From the NCBI GenBank assembly GCA_951406725.2, contig OX597814.1:12152001-12216000 (forward strand): a stretch of 64,000 nt of DNA, given 5' to 3'. Source of the DNA: Octopus vulgaris. Its lineage: Eukaryota. The notes beneath the pieces are model-generated. The model did not search any database and was not told the origin of the DNA. It saw nothing but the letters and a program-made list of their open reading frames with translations. The translations under genes were made by a program, and so were the position numbers. Within the stretch, counting starts at the first letter, position 1. Every line of letters begins with the position of its first letter. Below, piece by piece: positions 1-12,070 of this stretch.

Positions 1-14
1 TCTGGTGTGGAAAA

Positions 15-98
15 ATTTATGACAGCTGTTTCAGTAGAATTTCATGGCTGTATTCATCGATTACACTTTAACATATAACCCACCATCTTCAGGTAGAT
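15..98 (-). ncRNA. Degenerate type-I hammerhead ribozyme motif
   Basis: Minus strand reads atctac-CTGAAGA-tggtggg..(long stem II)..ttctact-GAAA-CAGCTG-TC-ataaat: intact core, palindromic stem III (ACAGCTGT), GUC site; stem I imperfect. Confidence 0.55.
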
Positions 99-790
99 GT
101 TAAACAGGCGAGATTTCATACATCAAGCATGGCGAATTCAGCGTTGTTGGATATATAAAAATATATTGGAAAAATAAGGATAAACTCAGGTTTATATTAA
201 AGTTCCTCCGTGTGTTTCGCCATTATGTTTGCTTGGAACCCTGCGATAGAAGTTCCAAATGCATATAGATGCTCAATCAAAACGGATGCTCAGGGAACAC
301 TTGATTGTACTAAGTTACGAATAACTCGCACTCACACTCATACACAAAGAGCCTGAGGCTGTGGCCATGCTTTTGCACTGCCATTGGTATGACTTTTACC
401 GTAGTTTAATTCCATGACTACCTCTGAATAGTTGGTTACAGCAGTAAGGGAGTTGGATATCATCACCCTCGTTTGTGTTTCTCACCGTGGTGTGGCTCAC
501 TTAACATTTTAAAACTATTGTTTATGTGTTTTTTAAATACATTCACATCTCTACCTTGCAGATCTCTAACGCATATTGGCAAGGTATTGGAAAGCTGCGA
601 AAGCTGTATACATTTGAACCTTAAGCTGTTATAGAGTCTGGTCCTTGAGATGGTGTGTGTGGGACCGTTGGTACTACGTAGCGGCATCCAATTAAGTATT
701 GATACAGATCGGTCCTTAAGATGGTGAGTGTGGGACCGTTGGTAGTACTTTGCGGCATCCGATTAGGTGTTGATACATCTTAAAAGCTTT

Positions 791-1005
791 AAGATGGCGA
801 GCTGGTAGAATCGTTATCTCACCGGGCTAAATGCTTAGCGGCATTTTGTCCGTCTTAACGGTCTGAGTTCAAATTCCGCTGAAGTCGACTTTACCTTTCA
901 TCCTTTCGAGGTCAATAAAATAAGTACCAGTTGAATATTAGGGTCGATGTAATCGACCTAACTCCTTTCCCAAAACTGCTGGCCTTGTATCATAAATTGA
1001 AACCG
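791..1005 (+). mobile_element. SINE family A, monomer with type-1 tail
   Basis: Head GGCGAGCTGG..GTTCAAATTCC (Pol III A/B-box-like) and core CCTTTCATCCTTTCGxGGTC..AAGTACCAGT shared with about 20 other loci in the window. Confidence 0.8.
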
Positions 1006-1542
1006 ATATAACTTACAGTCTCAAAATCTGACGCTCGACTATCAAATATTTATATTTTCCCCGTGTGTGTATGTGTGTTACAGCATATATTTCCCGATTT
1101 CGCTCTAGTGAGTAGAACCCCAGTTCTTTTAGCCTTTCCTAGTGACTCATCCGTTGCACTGAGGAACTCTTGATATAATAAAACCAGATTGCTTCGAGCT
1201 CTGCTACTAGTTTGACGTCATATGAAGTCTATTATTGAGAGCAGTAGTCTAGGTGACTGAGAACAGAATGGGCTTCACAGACTACCTTCATTTCTTTTGT
1301 AGTTAACCTGAATGATCTCAGGATCCAACCAGCCAATCGCTTGCACCATTGCTTCCATCTTAGTTGATATGCCAATGGAATGGTGCAACATTGCCCATAT
1401 CGATTTACATATGGCACAGTGATCGCGATTCTGGAATTACAATAACGTTTGGCCCTGTGTGTTCTGGTTGACTAATAGTAGCGCCTTTGAAGTTTTACAG
1501 CATCGAACTACTTCAGTTCTATATTTAAGAGATGAGGAATTA

Positions 1543-1766
1543 TGTACATTATTTACATTATTTACAATTGACGGATATTTGTCCTCATCGTGTTTATTGT
1601 TAACACAACAACATTTCGGTTGATATACCCTCCAGCCTCCATCAAGTTCGAAATTTCCCCCAAGACACCCGATGAAGGCTGGAGGGTATATCAGCCGAAA
1701 CGTTGTGTTAACAACAAAAAAGACGAGGACAAATATCCGTCAATTGTAAATACTGTAAATAATGTA
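1543..1766. repeat. Fold-back element with ~100-bp inverted arms carrying a hammerhead motif
   Basis: TTTACAATTGACGGATATTTGTCCTC..CCCTCCAGCC (left arm) is the reverse complement of GGCTGGAGGG..GAGGACAAATATCCGTCAATTGTAAA (right arm). Confidence 0.8.
1664..1709 (+). ncRNA. Minimal type-I hammerhead ribozyme motif (CCGAUGA core variant)
   Basis: gacac-CCGATGA-aGGCTG..CAGCC-GAAA-CG-TT-gtgtt: stem I gacac/gtgtt, stem II ggctg/cagcc, palindromic ACGT stem III. Confidence 0.65.
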
Positions 1767-2269
1767 TCGAACTATCTGTTTCTTCTATTTCCTTCTATAT
1801 TTAACTCTTTTGTAATTTTGCGTTATCATCAAGATTATCTGTTGCTTGTGATACATTTGTATCGTCTGCGTTGCAGTAGAGAGTGGCTGATTGTATGATT
1901 GAGAGAGTTACTATAAACAGCGGCTGTTCCAGTATGATTCTTTCAGGGAGTTCGCTTAGAAGTAATGTTCCTTGAGAGGGTGTAAGGTTGGCTGCAACTG
2001 TCTAGTTCTTACTTATTTAAAAAGTCATGCAAACTATCCCCTATTTTTCCAACGATGCCGAGATCAAGCAGTTCGTGGCATAGTTCACGATCGACTTGAT
2101 CGAAGGCATTCTCAAAGCCGAGTTACATATTTATTTACATTATTTCATATTTGATTTTCGTTGTAAAAAAATAAAAGAAGACTCCGCCCCAAAAATACAA
2201 AAAAAAAAAAAAAGACTGGGGTATGACTTATCCACGGAGCAAAGCTAAAATTAGGAAAAGACAAAATAG

Positions 2270-2401
2270 GTACAGGAGTGGTAAGAAGCTTGCTCCCCGA
2301 CCATATGGTGCTTGGTTCAGTCTTACAGTCTTCTACAATGGCCTCGGGCCGACCAAATCGTGTGAGTGGATTTGGTAGACGGAAACTGAAAGAATCCTAT
2401 C

Positions 2402-2467
<66 letters not shown>

Positions 2468-2567
2468 ATATACATATTGGTGTGTCTGTGTCTTAGTGTT
2501 TGTCTCCCCATCGCTTGGAAACTGGTGTTGGTATGTTTACGTTCCCGTAACTTAGCGGTTCAGCAAA

Positions 2568-2628
<61 letters not shown>

Positions 2629-2850
2629 TGTGTCTGTGCCTTTGTGTTTGTCCCCCCACCGCTTGAAAACTGGTGTTTGTGTGTTTACGTCCCTGTACCT
2701 TAGCGGTTCGGCAAAAAGAGCCGGCTAGAATAAGTACCAGGCATTAAAAAAAATAATAATAAAGTACTGGAGACGATTCATTCGGGTAAAACTCTTCAAG
2801 GCGGTGCTCCAGCATGGCCGCAGTCTAATGATTGAAACAAGTGAAAGACA
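2270..2850 (+). mobile_element. SINE family B (tRNA-like head, internal microsatellite, LINE-like tail) with internal duplication
   Basis: GGTTCAGTC B-box-like head, GGATTTGGTAGACGGAAACTGAAAGAA-(TA)n(TG)n, tail GGCGGTGCTCCAGCATGGCCGCAGTC; segment ~2470-2570 repeated at ~2627-2720. Confidence 0.8.
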
Positions 2851-3697
2851 ATCAAAACATAGAAGTAAAGATGCAACTCATACAATAGTTAATACGGCAT
2901 ATCACATCCACATTTAAATAAGTGAACAGCTGTTTCAGTACCCAGCTATAATCTCTGTAATGGCTGTTTGAAGCAGTTACTTCCTGTACGGATGCGGTGT
3001 TGCATGTCAGTGAACAAGTAATTTTTCTTCTTGAATATAATCAACTTCCCTTGACTTGGAGTCAGAAATAGGCCTGTAGTTCTGAGCAGCTACTCTGCTT
3101 CCTTGATTTTATATGAATTATCTCCCTTGCTTGTTTTTTTAAAAATATATCTTTATATATATAAAAGTGATATAAAAGTGAAGTGGTTTTATGAATGAGC
3201 AAGCTTGTCTGCGTACGTGTCAAAGCAATGTATACGTCGATGTAAGCCAGGGTTCTCAAAAGCATAGGTATCTTCAAAGTGCGTGATTCTTCCGTCTTTC
3301 CTTCTGGGTATTCTCCGTCTAGTATGAGTCTACGAGTTGTAAAGCAAGAATTTACCATCAATACGAAAGCAAAAAAGAAAAAAAAAGATGGTAATAACAT
3401 TAAAAAAAGGTTTTTAAAAAATTCAGAATGTTATTGTTTAGCTGTAAATCAACCATAATCGAGTAGAGATTTGATCAAAAGCGCTCTTGTCGTGACAGTC
3501 TCTTCAATTTTAGAGAAGTAAAAGACTGCATTATACAATGTGTTTTCCCAAAGTACTTTTTTAAAGTTGGTGGTGCTGAGATGAGGGGGAACTGGCTGCT
3601 CTTTTTACTACGTAGAAGAGCGTCACGTTGAGGGTAAAATAATGTGGTGGTAAGACTTAGTTTGTATGTATGTATGTGCGTATGCATGTATGTGTAC

Positions 3698-4010
3698 AAA
3701 TTCCGCTGAGGTTGACTTTGCCTTTCATCCTTTCGGGGTCGATAAATTAAGTACCAGTTACGCTCCGGGGTCGATGTAATCGACTTAATCCGTTTGTCTG
3801 TCCTTGTTTGTCCTCTCTGTGTTTAGCCCCTTGTGGGTAGTAAAGAAATAGATATTTCGTCTGCCGTTACGTTCTGAGTTCAGATTCTACAGAGGTCGAC
3901 TTTGCTTTTCATCCTTTCAGAGATCGATAAAATAAGTATCAGTTGAGCACTGGGGCCGATATAACCATCTTACCAACTTTCCCAAATTCACTAACCTTGT
4001 GCTAAAATAT
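3698..4010 (+). mobile_element. SINE family A array, 2 units, headless
   Basis: Two core copies joined at AAAGAAATAG|ATATTTCGTC. Confidence 0.8.
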
Positions 4011-4310
4011 TGGTATTGGGGCAGTTAATCACGTAACCAAGTGATTTAAAACTATATATTAAGTACATATTCTATTTTCCGCTTTTTGATTATTTGAATT
4101 CTTCCTACAAGAAAGAAGCTGGTTTCTATCGGTGGAGTTTAATAACAGCAATAAAGGTAACGTGTTCAACTTCAGACAAGTATTATTTTTATCGTTCTAC
4201 CAACAAGATGTAGTTGTAAAGGGAGGGTCAGTCTATTTCTTTACTTTAAAATCCCAGGTTATCCAAAGCACCAAATATTTACCGACACAGGGAAGTGCGC
4301 CAATTATTAC

Positions 4311-4905
4311 TAAGGCGGCGAGCTGGCAGAAACGTTAGCACGTCGGGCAAAATGCGTAGGCGTATTTCGTCTGCCGTTACGTTCTGAGTTCAAATTCCGC
4401 CGAGGTCGACTTTGCCTTTCATCCTTTCGGGGTCGATTAAATAAGTACCAGTTACGCACTGGGGTCGATATAATCGACTTAATCCGTTTGTCTGTCCTTG
4501 TTTGTCCCCTCTGTGTTTAGCCCCTTGTGGGTAGTAAAGGAATAGGTATTTCATCTGCCGTTACGTTCTGAGTTCAAATTCCGCTGAGGTTGACTTTGCC
4601 TTTCATCCTTTCGGGGTCGATAAATTAAGTACCAGTTACGCACTGGGGTCGATGTAATCGACTTAATACCTATATCTGTCCTTGTTTGTCTTTTCTGTGT
4701 TTAGCCCCTTGTGGGTAGTAAAGAAATAGATATTTCGTCTGCCGTTACGTTCTGAGTTCAGATTCCACAGAGGTCGACTTTGCTTTTCATACTTACGGAT
4801 ATCGATAAAATAAGTACCAGTTACGCACTGGGGTCGATATAATCGACTTAATCCGTTTGTCTGTCCTTGTTTGTCCTCTCTGTGTTTAGCCCCTTGTGGG
4901 TTGTA
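4311..4905 (+). mobile_element. SINE family A array, head plus 3 ~180-bp units
   Basis: AAGGCGGCGAGCTGGCAGAAACGTTAGC head, then three tandem body+tail-2 units with the same junction. Confidence 0.9.
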
Positions 4906-5111
4906 AAAAAAAAAAAAAAAAAATTATTACTAATATTAATGAGAATTTATAATAAGTGTAGAAAAGCGGCAGATCCCGAAGCAGTGGTCATGGAAAGAAA
5001 TGCGTATTTTTATACGTTTTTTGCCAATATTTATATGTTTTGCCACATCTATGTTGAGCTGTACGTGTATGTATGCACGACATGCTTGATATATTTATAT
5101 CTCTAGGAGAA

Positions 5112-5191
<80 letters not shown>

Positions 5192-5344
5192 GTTGAAATG
5201 CACGACATCGCCTGTATTAGTATGAATTAAGATAAGGAATATTTATGCGTGAGAAATTTAAGTGTATGTAACATTGAGTGTTTATTCGTGTGCGTGTTTG
5301 AGTGTTTATAAGATGTAGATAGTGAAATGTAGTAACGTGGGAGA

Positions 5345-5412
5345 TACACAGAGATAAAAAGAAGCGAGAGATTTAGAAAAGATTGGAGAGAGAGAAAGAG
5401 CGAGAGAGAGAG

Positions 5413-5449
<37 letters not shown>

Positions 5450-6238
5450 AGGAGGGAAGTGAGGAATAAGATGTTGAGTTGGAGAAAGGTAAAAAAAAAA
5501 ATCAAAGTGAGTGGCTGAGAGATAAAGATAAGTATCTCTGCAAACATGAATGACATATCAATTGTAGACGCCACTCTGTGTACGTATATGTTTGTGTGTG
5601 TGTGTGTGTGTATGTATATATATATATGTACACACACACACACAAACTGTATATTCACACATGTACTTATACACACACACACGCACACACATATATATAT
5701 GCACACATACACACATACACACGCACACACATACATATATTTACGTCTATGCGTACAAATTTAGATAAGCAGCAGGTTCTCTATGGCCCGCTACCTCGGA
5801 ACCTTCCGCTTCTCTACTCTTATGTATAAGTATATAATCCCCTCTGGCTAAGCGAGCAGGCCAACAGAAGAAAGAGTGAGAGAAAGAGTACAACAGGGAT
5901 CGCCACCACCCCCTGTTGGAGCCTCGTGGAGCTTTAGAGGTTTTGGTCAATAAACACTCACAACGCCCGGTCTGGGAATCGAAACTACGATCTTACGACC
6001 GCGAATCCGCTGCCCTAACCACTGGGCCATTGCGCCTCCACACACACACACACACACACACTATGCAGAGTGACCATAAAATCTGGATACATGGGGAATA
6101 TCACTTGTTTTATTTTCTTCCCGCAGATTGAATAGGAGTTTGTCTGACGATGAAAGAATTGAATTGGTACTACACAGAGATAAAAAGAAGCGAGAGATTT
6201 AGAAAAGATTGGAGAGAGAGAAAGAGCGAGAGAGAGAG

Positions 6239-6275
<37 letters not shown>

Positions 6276-6999
6276 AGGAGGGAAGTGAGGAATAAGATGT
6301 TGAGTTGGAGAAAGGTAAAAAAAAAAATCAAAGTGAGTGGCTGAGAGATAAAGATAAGTATCTCTGCAAACATGAATGACATATCAATTGTAGACGCCAC
6401 TCTGTGTACGTATATGTTTGTGTGTGTGTGTGTGTGTATGTATATATATATATGTACACACACACACACAAACTGTATATTCACACATGTACTTATACAC
6501 ACACACACGCACACACATATATATATGCACACATACACACATACACACGCACACACATACATATATTTACGTCTATGCGTACAAATTTAGATAAGCAGCA
6601 GGTTCTCTATGGCCCGCTACCTCGGAACCTTCCGCTTCTCTACTCTTATGTATAAGTATATAATCCCCTCTGGCTAAGCGAGCAGGCCAACAGAAGAAAG
6701 AGTGAGAGAAAGAGTACAACAGGGATCGCCACCACCCCCTGTTGGAGCCTCGTGGAGCTTTAGAGGTTTTGGTCAATAAACACTCACAACGCCCGGTCTG
6801 GGAATCGAAACTACGATCTTACGACCGCGAATCCGCTGCCCTAACCACTGGGCCATTGCGCCTCCACACACACACACACACACACACTATGCAGAGTGAC
6901 CATAAAATCTGGATACATGGGGAATATCACTTGTTTTATTTTCTTCCCGCAGATTGAATAGGAGTTTGTCTGACGATGAAAGAATTGAATTGGTACTAC
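5345..6999. repeat. Apparently exact 826-bp tandem duplication (5345-6170 / 6171-6996)
   Basis: ORF pairs offset by exactly 826 (5546/6372, 5747/6573, 5916/6742) have identical translations; TAC microhomology at the junction. Confidence 0.95.
5835..6042 (-). mobile_element. SINE family C (tRNA-derived head); duplicate at 6661-6868
   Basis: Minus strand GGCGCAATGGCCCAGTGGTTAGGGCAGCGG..GTTTCGATTCCC is tRNA-like; another copy lies at 45957-46228 (+). Confidence 0.8.
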
Positions 7000-8040
7000 T
7001 CAGTTGACTCGAGAGATCGTCATATCGACAGATGTTCCCAATGCAGAAGGATCCTCATCGCCTTTCCCACAGAGGTGAAGGTGGTTAAGAAATTCAATGA
7101 AGAAGTGTCTTGGACAAACCTCGAATGACCAACTGTAACGCATGAAGGCGAAAGAAGCCATGATGGTTAAAAGATTTTGGTCACCTCAAAATGTCACTTT
7201 GTAGGACGACCATGGATCTGGGTGTTTCTCGCGAAACTATCAGATAGATCTTAAAAAGCAGAGAAAAAAATAAGAGAAATTTCATCCGTACCAATTACAA
7301 GTCTAGCACAACTTAACAGAGGACTACGCTGACAGATTACTATAGATGTTTGAATGGTTCTCTAATCAACAAGGCTGAAAACGACCGCTTCGCAGAAGAC
7401 TGCGTGTTGCTCAGTGACGAAGCTTTGTTTTTATGCGAACAGTGAGGTTAACCGGCAGATTCTTCGGTACTGATCGCAAAACAATCCACTTTGGATGGAT
7501 CCTTCCAAACAACAAGGAATGCAACGGATTATGGTATGGTGGTAATTATGGAAAGCTCATGTGTTGAGACCGTTTATCTTTGATGTAGCGTAACTTGTGA
7601 GACATACCTTACCATACTGAGACCCTAGTTAATGCCCTAAAATTGAAAGGTTAGGTCTAGGCCTCCTGAATGGTTCCAACGGGATGGAACCCCTGCCTAT
7701 TACAACAAAACGGTATGAGACCAGATGAATGACATTTTTCCTAACTGGATTATGAGACGTGGGCGTGTGGAATGGGCTCCTCGACTTCTTTTCTGGAGTA
7801 TGCTGAAGGAGAAGGTATACTTAATAAAAACCACTGATAGGAATCAACTAAGGGAATGCGTCGTGAATGAATGTGTTCAAATTGACAAATGGGGAGATAC
7901 TGCGTTGGGTGAATTTCGCAAGGTACATGGAGCTTTGCTTGGCTAATGGTGGGAACCATGCTGAAAATGTTGTTCATTAATGTAGTGTAATAGAATTATT
8001 GAAAATATGCATTTTCACCTTTGTAAACCAAACGGCTAGC
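6890..8040 (+). mobile_element. Decayed Tc1/mariner-superfamily transposon (rosa/DUF4817-like transposase remnant)
   Basis: Broken-frame remnants LSDEALF (~7410), WFQRDGTPAY (~7671) and FPNWIMRRGRVEWAPR..FWSMLKEKVY (ORF 7725-7946) resemble FSDEAHF / WFQQDGAPAH / WPPRS..WGYLKxKVY. Right TIR not clearly visible. Confidence 0.7.
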
Positions 8041-8292
8041 CTATGTGTGTGTGTGTGTGCGTGTCTATAGAGAGAGGGTGAGAGAGAAAAAAATGAGAGA
8101 ATGATGCAAATAAACAAATAGAATCGCTTGGGCATATAAAATATTCATACATATTTACATGTAAAATCGTGAGAGACAGAGACTGAAGATTTTCAGATGA
8201 TGAACATTTATATATAAATATACAGATACTTATTAACAGAGCATATTTACACACAGTACAGACAGAAAACTTTATACATATCTTTTCTACTC

Positions 8293-8850
8293 TAGACACA
8301 AGGCCCGAAATTTTGGGGAAGGGGGCCAGTCGATTAAATCCACTCCAGTATGCAACTGGTACTTAATTTATCGACCTCGGAAGGATGAAAAGCAAAGTCG
8401 ACCTCGGCGGAATTTGAACTCAGAACGTAGCGGCAGACGAAATACTTATTTCTTTACTACCCACAAGGGGCTAAACACAGAGAGGACAAACAAGGACAGA
8501 CAAAAGGATTAAGTCGATTATATCGACCCCAGTGCGTAACTGGTACTTAATTTATCGACCCTGAAAGGATGAAAGGCAAAGTCGACCTCGGCGGAATTTG
8601 AACTCAGAACGTAGCGGCAGACGAAATACCTATTTCTTTACTACCCACAAGGGGCTAAACACAGAGAGGACAAACAAGGACAGACAAACGGATTAAGTCG
8701 ATTATATCGACCCCAGTGCGTAATTAGTACTTATTTAATCAACCCCGAAAGGTTGAAAGGCAAAGTCGACCTCGGCGGAATTTGAACTCAGAACGTAACG
8801 GCAGACGAAATACCACTCAGCATTTCGCCCGTGCTAACGATTCTGCCAGA
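8293..8850 (-). mobile_element. SINE family A array, 3 units, last unit with type-1 tail
   Basis: Repeated GACGAAATACCTATTTCTTTACTACCCACAAGGGG junctions on the plus strand. Confidence 0.9.
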
Positions 8851-9261
8851 GGTTAATCCAGACAGTCTCTCTCGGCATCGCCATCCTTGGTCATGTGCAA
8901 ACTCTATATATTTGTATTACTGCATCACATATCGCAGTTTTGTTATCTGAATGTGTTGCTTCCTTCCGAGTACTCTAATTTCCACAAATGGCTTGATTCT
9001 CAGTGCTTCTACTTTCAATATTTTTTCAAGCGATTTTCTGTGATTTTACTTAATTTCCTTGAGTAAAACAATTGTCATTTACAGAAATTATAAAATGTAT
9101 TATTGAATGCATATCTGTAGCTCAGGGCATAGTAAACAAGATTGCGACAAACGTACTGGATACCAATTTTAAAGATAGGGTGAAAGGAAAGCTATTAAAC
9201 GGAATGTGTCTTTATTAAGAACGAACTATAACTTCTTTTCAGCCAGGGCAACGCCGGGTAT

Positions 9262-9339
<78 letters not shown>

Positions 9340-9706
9340 CACACACACACACGCGCGCGCACGTATGAGGGGAAAGAGATAAAGAGGTGTATGATATACA
9401 CGACAAGGCGGGAATGACTAGAGCTAAAAAAACAAAAGGGATCAGTGAGAAAAGTGATTCAGTGAGTCCCACCGAGGATATAATTCATACCTGAGAGTGG
9501 CGACAGCAATGAAATTAATGTCTATTACCCAAATATTCCCAGGTAAACTGTACGATATATTTAATGAGAGTTGCCTCATTACATTGATTCTCATGGCATT
9601 TAATATGTGTAGTAGTAGTTGTTTAGCCTCCACTTCACCGACTGGTTAGCCCTAACCAAGCAGGCATGCAATTAAAGCCCTTCTAAGTGTGACCGTCTCT
9701 GCCGTT

Positions 9707-9888
9707 GTATTTCGTCTGCCGTTACGTTGTGAGTTCAAATTCCGCGAGGTCGACTTTGCCTTTCGTCCTTCCGGGGTCGATAAATAAAGTACCAGTTTCG
9801 CACTGGGTTCGATGTAATCGACTTAATCCCTTTGTCTGTCCTTGTTTGTCCCCTCTATGTTTAGCCCCTTGTGGGTAGTAAAGAAATA
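9707..9888 (+). mobile_element. SINE family A, isolated headless unit
   Basis: Starts at GTATTTCGTCTGCC (the array junction) and ends at AAAGAAATA. Confidence 0.8.
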
Positions 9889-10244
9889 CTTATACATTTT
9901 CGAAATTAAAAAAATATTAATGTATTTATTGTATCTGTGGGTTATTGAATAACTTTAGATAGCGTTTTGTGTTACAATTTGTTTAAGTTTTGCTTATAAA
10001 AACATCGTCAAAGACGGAAATGGAGGAGGATATGAGGATATTATTATACGTAAGATATGATATACGTGTGGGCCACAAGCAAATGTTAAAAAATAAAAGA
10101 AATCCTTTACAAAAAGGAAGTTGTTGAACCCGCGTCCTTTGAACGTAGAACTTACTGGGGTTAAATAGCAACAACGGTAATTATTTTTGACACGTGCAAG
10201 AGTCGTGGAAAATAGACATTAGAAATCAAATAAGCAAAGAGGAT

Positions 10245-10347
<103 letters not shown>

Positions 10348-10387
10348 CATTTAATGAGCACAATATAAAAAATTGGATACACTGATA

Positions 10388-10627
10388 GTTTCTTATTTCT
10401 TTATTGCTCACAAGGGGCTAAACATAGAGGGAACAAACAAGGACAGACAAAGGGATTAGGTCGATTTCATCGACTCCAGTGCGTAACTGGTGCTTAATTT
10501 ATCGACCCCCGAAAGGATGAAAGGCAAAGTCGACCTCGGCGGAATTTGAACTCAGAACGTAACGGCAGACGAAATACGGCTACACATTTCGCCCGGCGTG
10601 GTAACGATTCTGCCAACTCGCCGCCTT
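10388..10627 (-). mobile_element. SINE family A full monomer (tail 2) with 11-bp target-site duplication
   Basis: ATACACTGATA at 10377-10387 and 10628-10638; tail ends in AGAAATA-type repeats. Confidence 0.9.
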
Positions 10628-11309
10628 ATACACTGATACTGTCTTACCATAGAGACACTGAGATTAGTCAGATTTATAGAACTTACCTTGCGTCTCCAAA
10701 CCAATCTATATAAATCTGTGTTTCTATGGCAAGAAACTATAAGTGGCTCTCATTTTGAATACTATATACATTAAATGATAGTTATCTCCCACTGGATGGA
10801 GTATTCTTTTGGTGATCCTATCTTAAGGAACAGTAAACAATAATTCTTTTACTTGTTTCAGCCATTTGACTGTGGCCATGCTGAGGCAGAACCTTCAAGG
10901 ATTTTAATCGAACAAATCAGATCTCAGTACTTTTCTATTTTTTAAAAGCTTAATACTTATTCTATCGGCGTCTTTTGCCAAACCGCTAAGTTACGGTGAT
11001 ATAAACACACCAGCACCGGTTTTCAAACAGTGGACAGGAGAAAAACACAGACACAAAGATGCGCTCGCGCACGCACACATGCACATACATATATATAATT
11101 AATCAAAGGACATACTAAGTAGGTCTATCTACTGGAAATAACAGTAAAAACTTATTTAAATCGCCAATCTCTCAGTATTTGGACTCACGTGGACCGGTTT
11201 CTGGACTAACCTTCCTCTAACTGATTCGTTTTGCACCGAAATCACGGCAGCCACCAGTGTGAAAATAATTTCAATACACAGCAAAAATAATTTGCGAGAG
11301 AAAGAATTC

Positions 11310-11713
11310 ACAGGAGTGGCTGTGTGGTAAGTAGCTTGTTTACCAACCACAAGGTTCCAGGTTCAGTCCCACTGCGTGGCACCTTGGGTAAGTGTCTTCT
11401 ACTATAGCCTCGGGCCGACCAAAGCCTTGTGAGTGGATTTGGTAGACGGAAACTGAAAGAAGCCTGTCGTATATATGTATATATGTATATGTGTGTGTAT
11501 GTGTTTGTGTGTCTGTGTTTGTCCCCCTAGCATTGCTTGACAACCGATGCTGGTGTGTTTATGTCCCCGTTACTTAGCGGTTCGACAAAAGAGACCGATA
11601 AAATAAGTACTGGGCTTACAAAAAGAATAAGTCCTGGGGTCGATTTCCTCGATTAAAGGCGGTGCTCCAGCATGGCCGCAGTGAAATGACTGAAACAAGT
11701 AAAAGAGTAAAAG
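11310..11713 (+). mobile_element. SINE family B, full copy (partial minus-strand copies at ~10845-11090 and ~11720-11830)
   Basis: AGGAGTGGCTGTGTGGTAAG..GGTTCAGTCCC head, CORE-like GGCACCTTGGGTAAGTGTCTT, tail ending in (GTAAAAGA)n. Confidence 0.9.
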
Positions 11714-12070
11714 AGTATACATACAAACATATATATATATGACGGGCTTCTTTCAGTTTCCATTTACCAAATCCACTCACAAAGCCTTGGTCGAGTCGGC
11801 TCGAGGTTATAGTAAAAAACACTTTCCCAAGTGGTATATATATGGCATATTGTTGTGGAAATCAGAGACGAAAAATCCTCGAACTGATTTTCACAACAAC
11901 GCTGGCACCGGGTGTTCCCTATTATAATTATAAATCAATTATAAAATTTTGGATTTGCCATTTCTCAGCTTTTGCTTGTTGGCCACCTATATTAGAGTTG
12001 CTATGAATCATTTTACTAATGACAATAATTAATTATCATATCTATGTAAATATTTCCAAATATGTATTCA

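Larger units (their letters stand above)
350..2050 (-). pseudogene. Decayed 3' part of a LINE related to the 25516-29260 element, interrupted by later insertions
   Basis: ORF 463-687 (YNSLRFK..NTLPICVRDLQGRDVNVFK) matches the LINE C-terminus (CNSLGFR..NILPKCLRDLHGVDVGFFK). ORF 1232-1417 (CKRLAGWILRSFR..LSHLDYCSQ) matches ORF2 (CRRLAGWILRTFR..LSRLDYCSQ). Remnants of GVPQG and WLHxFL motifs near 1920-2040; 3' tail AGCATGGCCACAGCC near 357-373. Confidence 0.8.
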
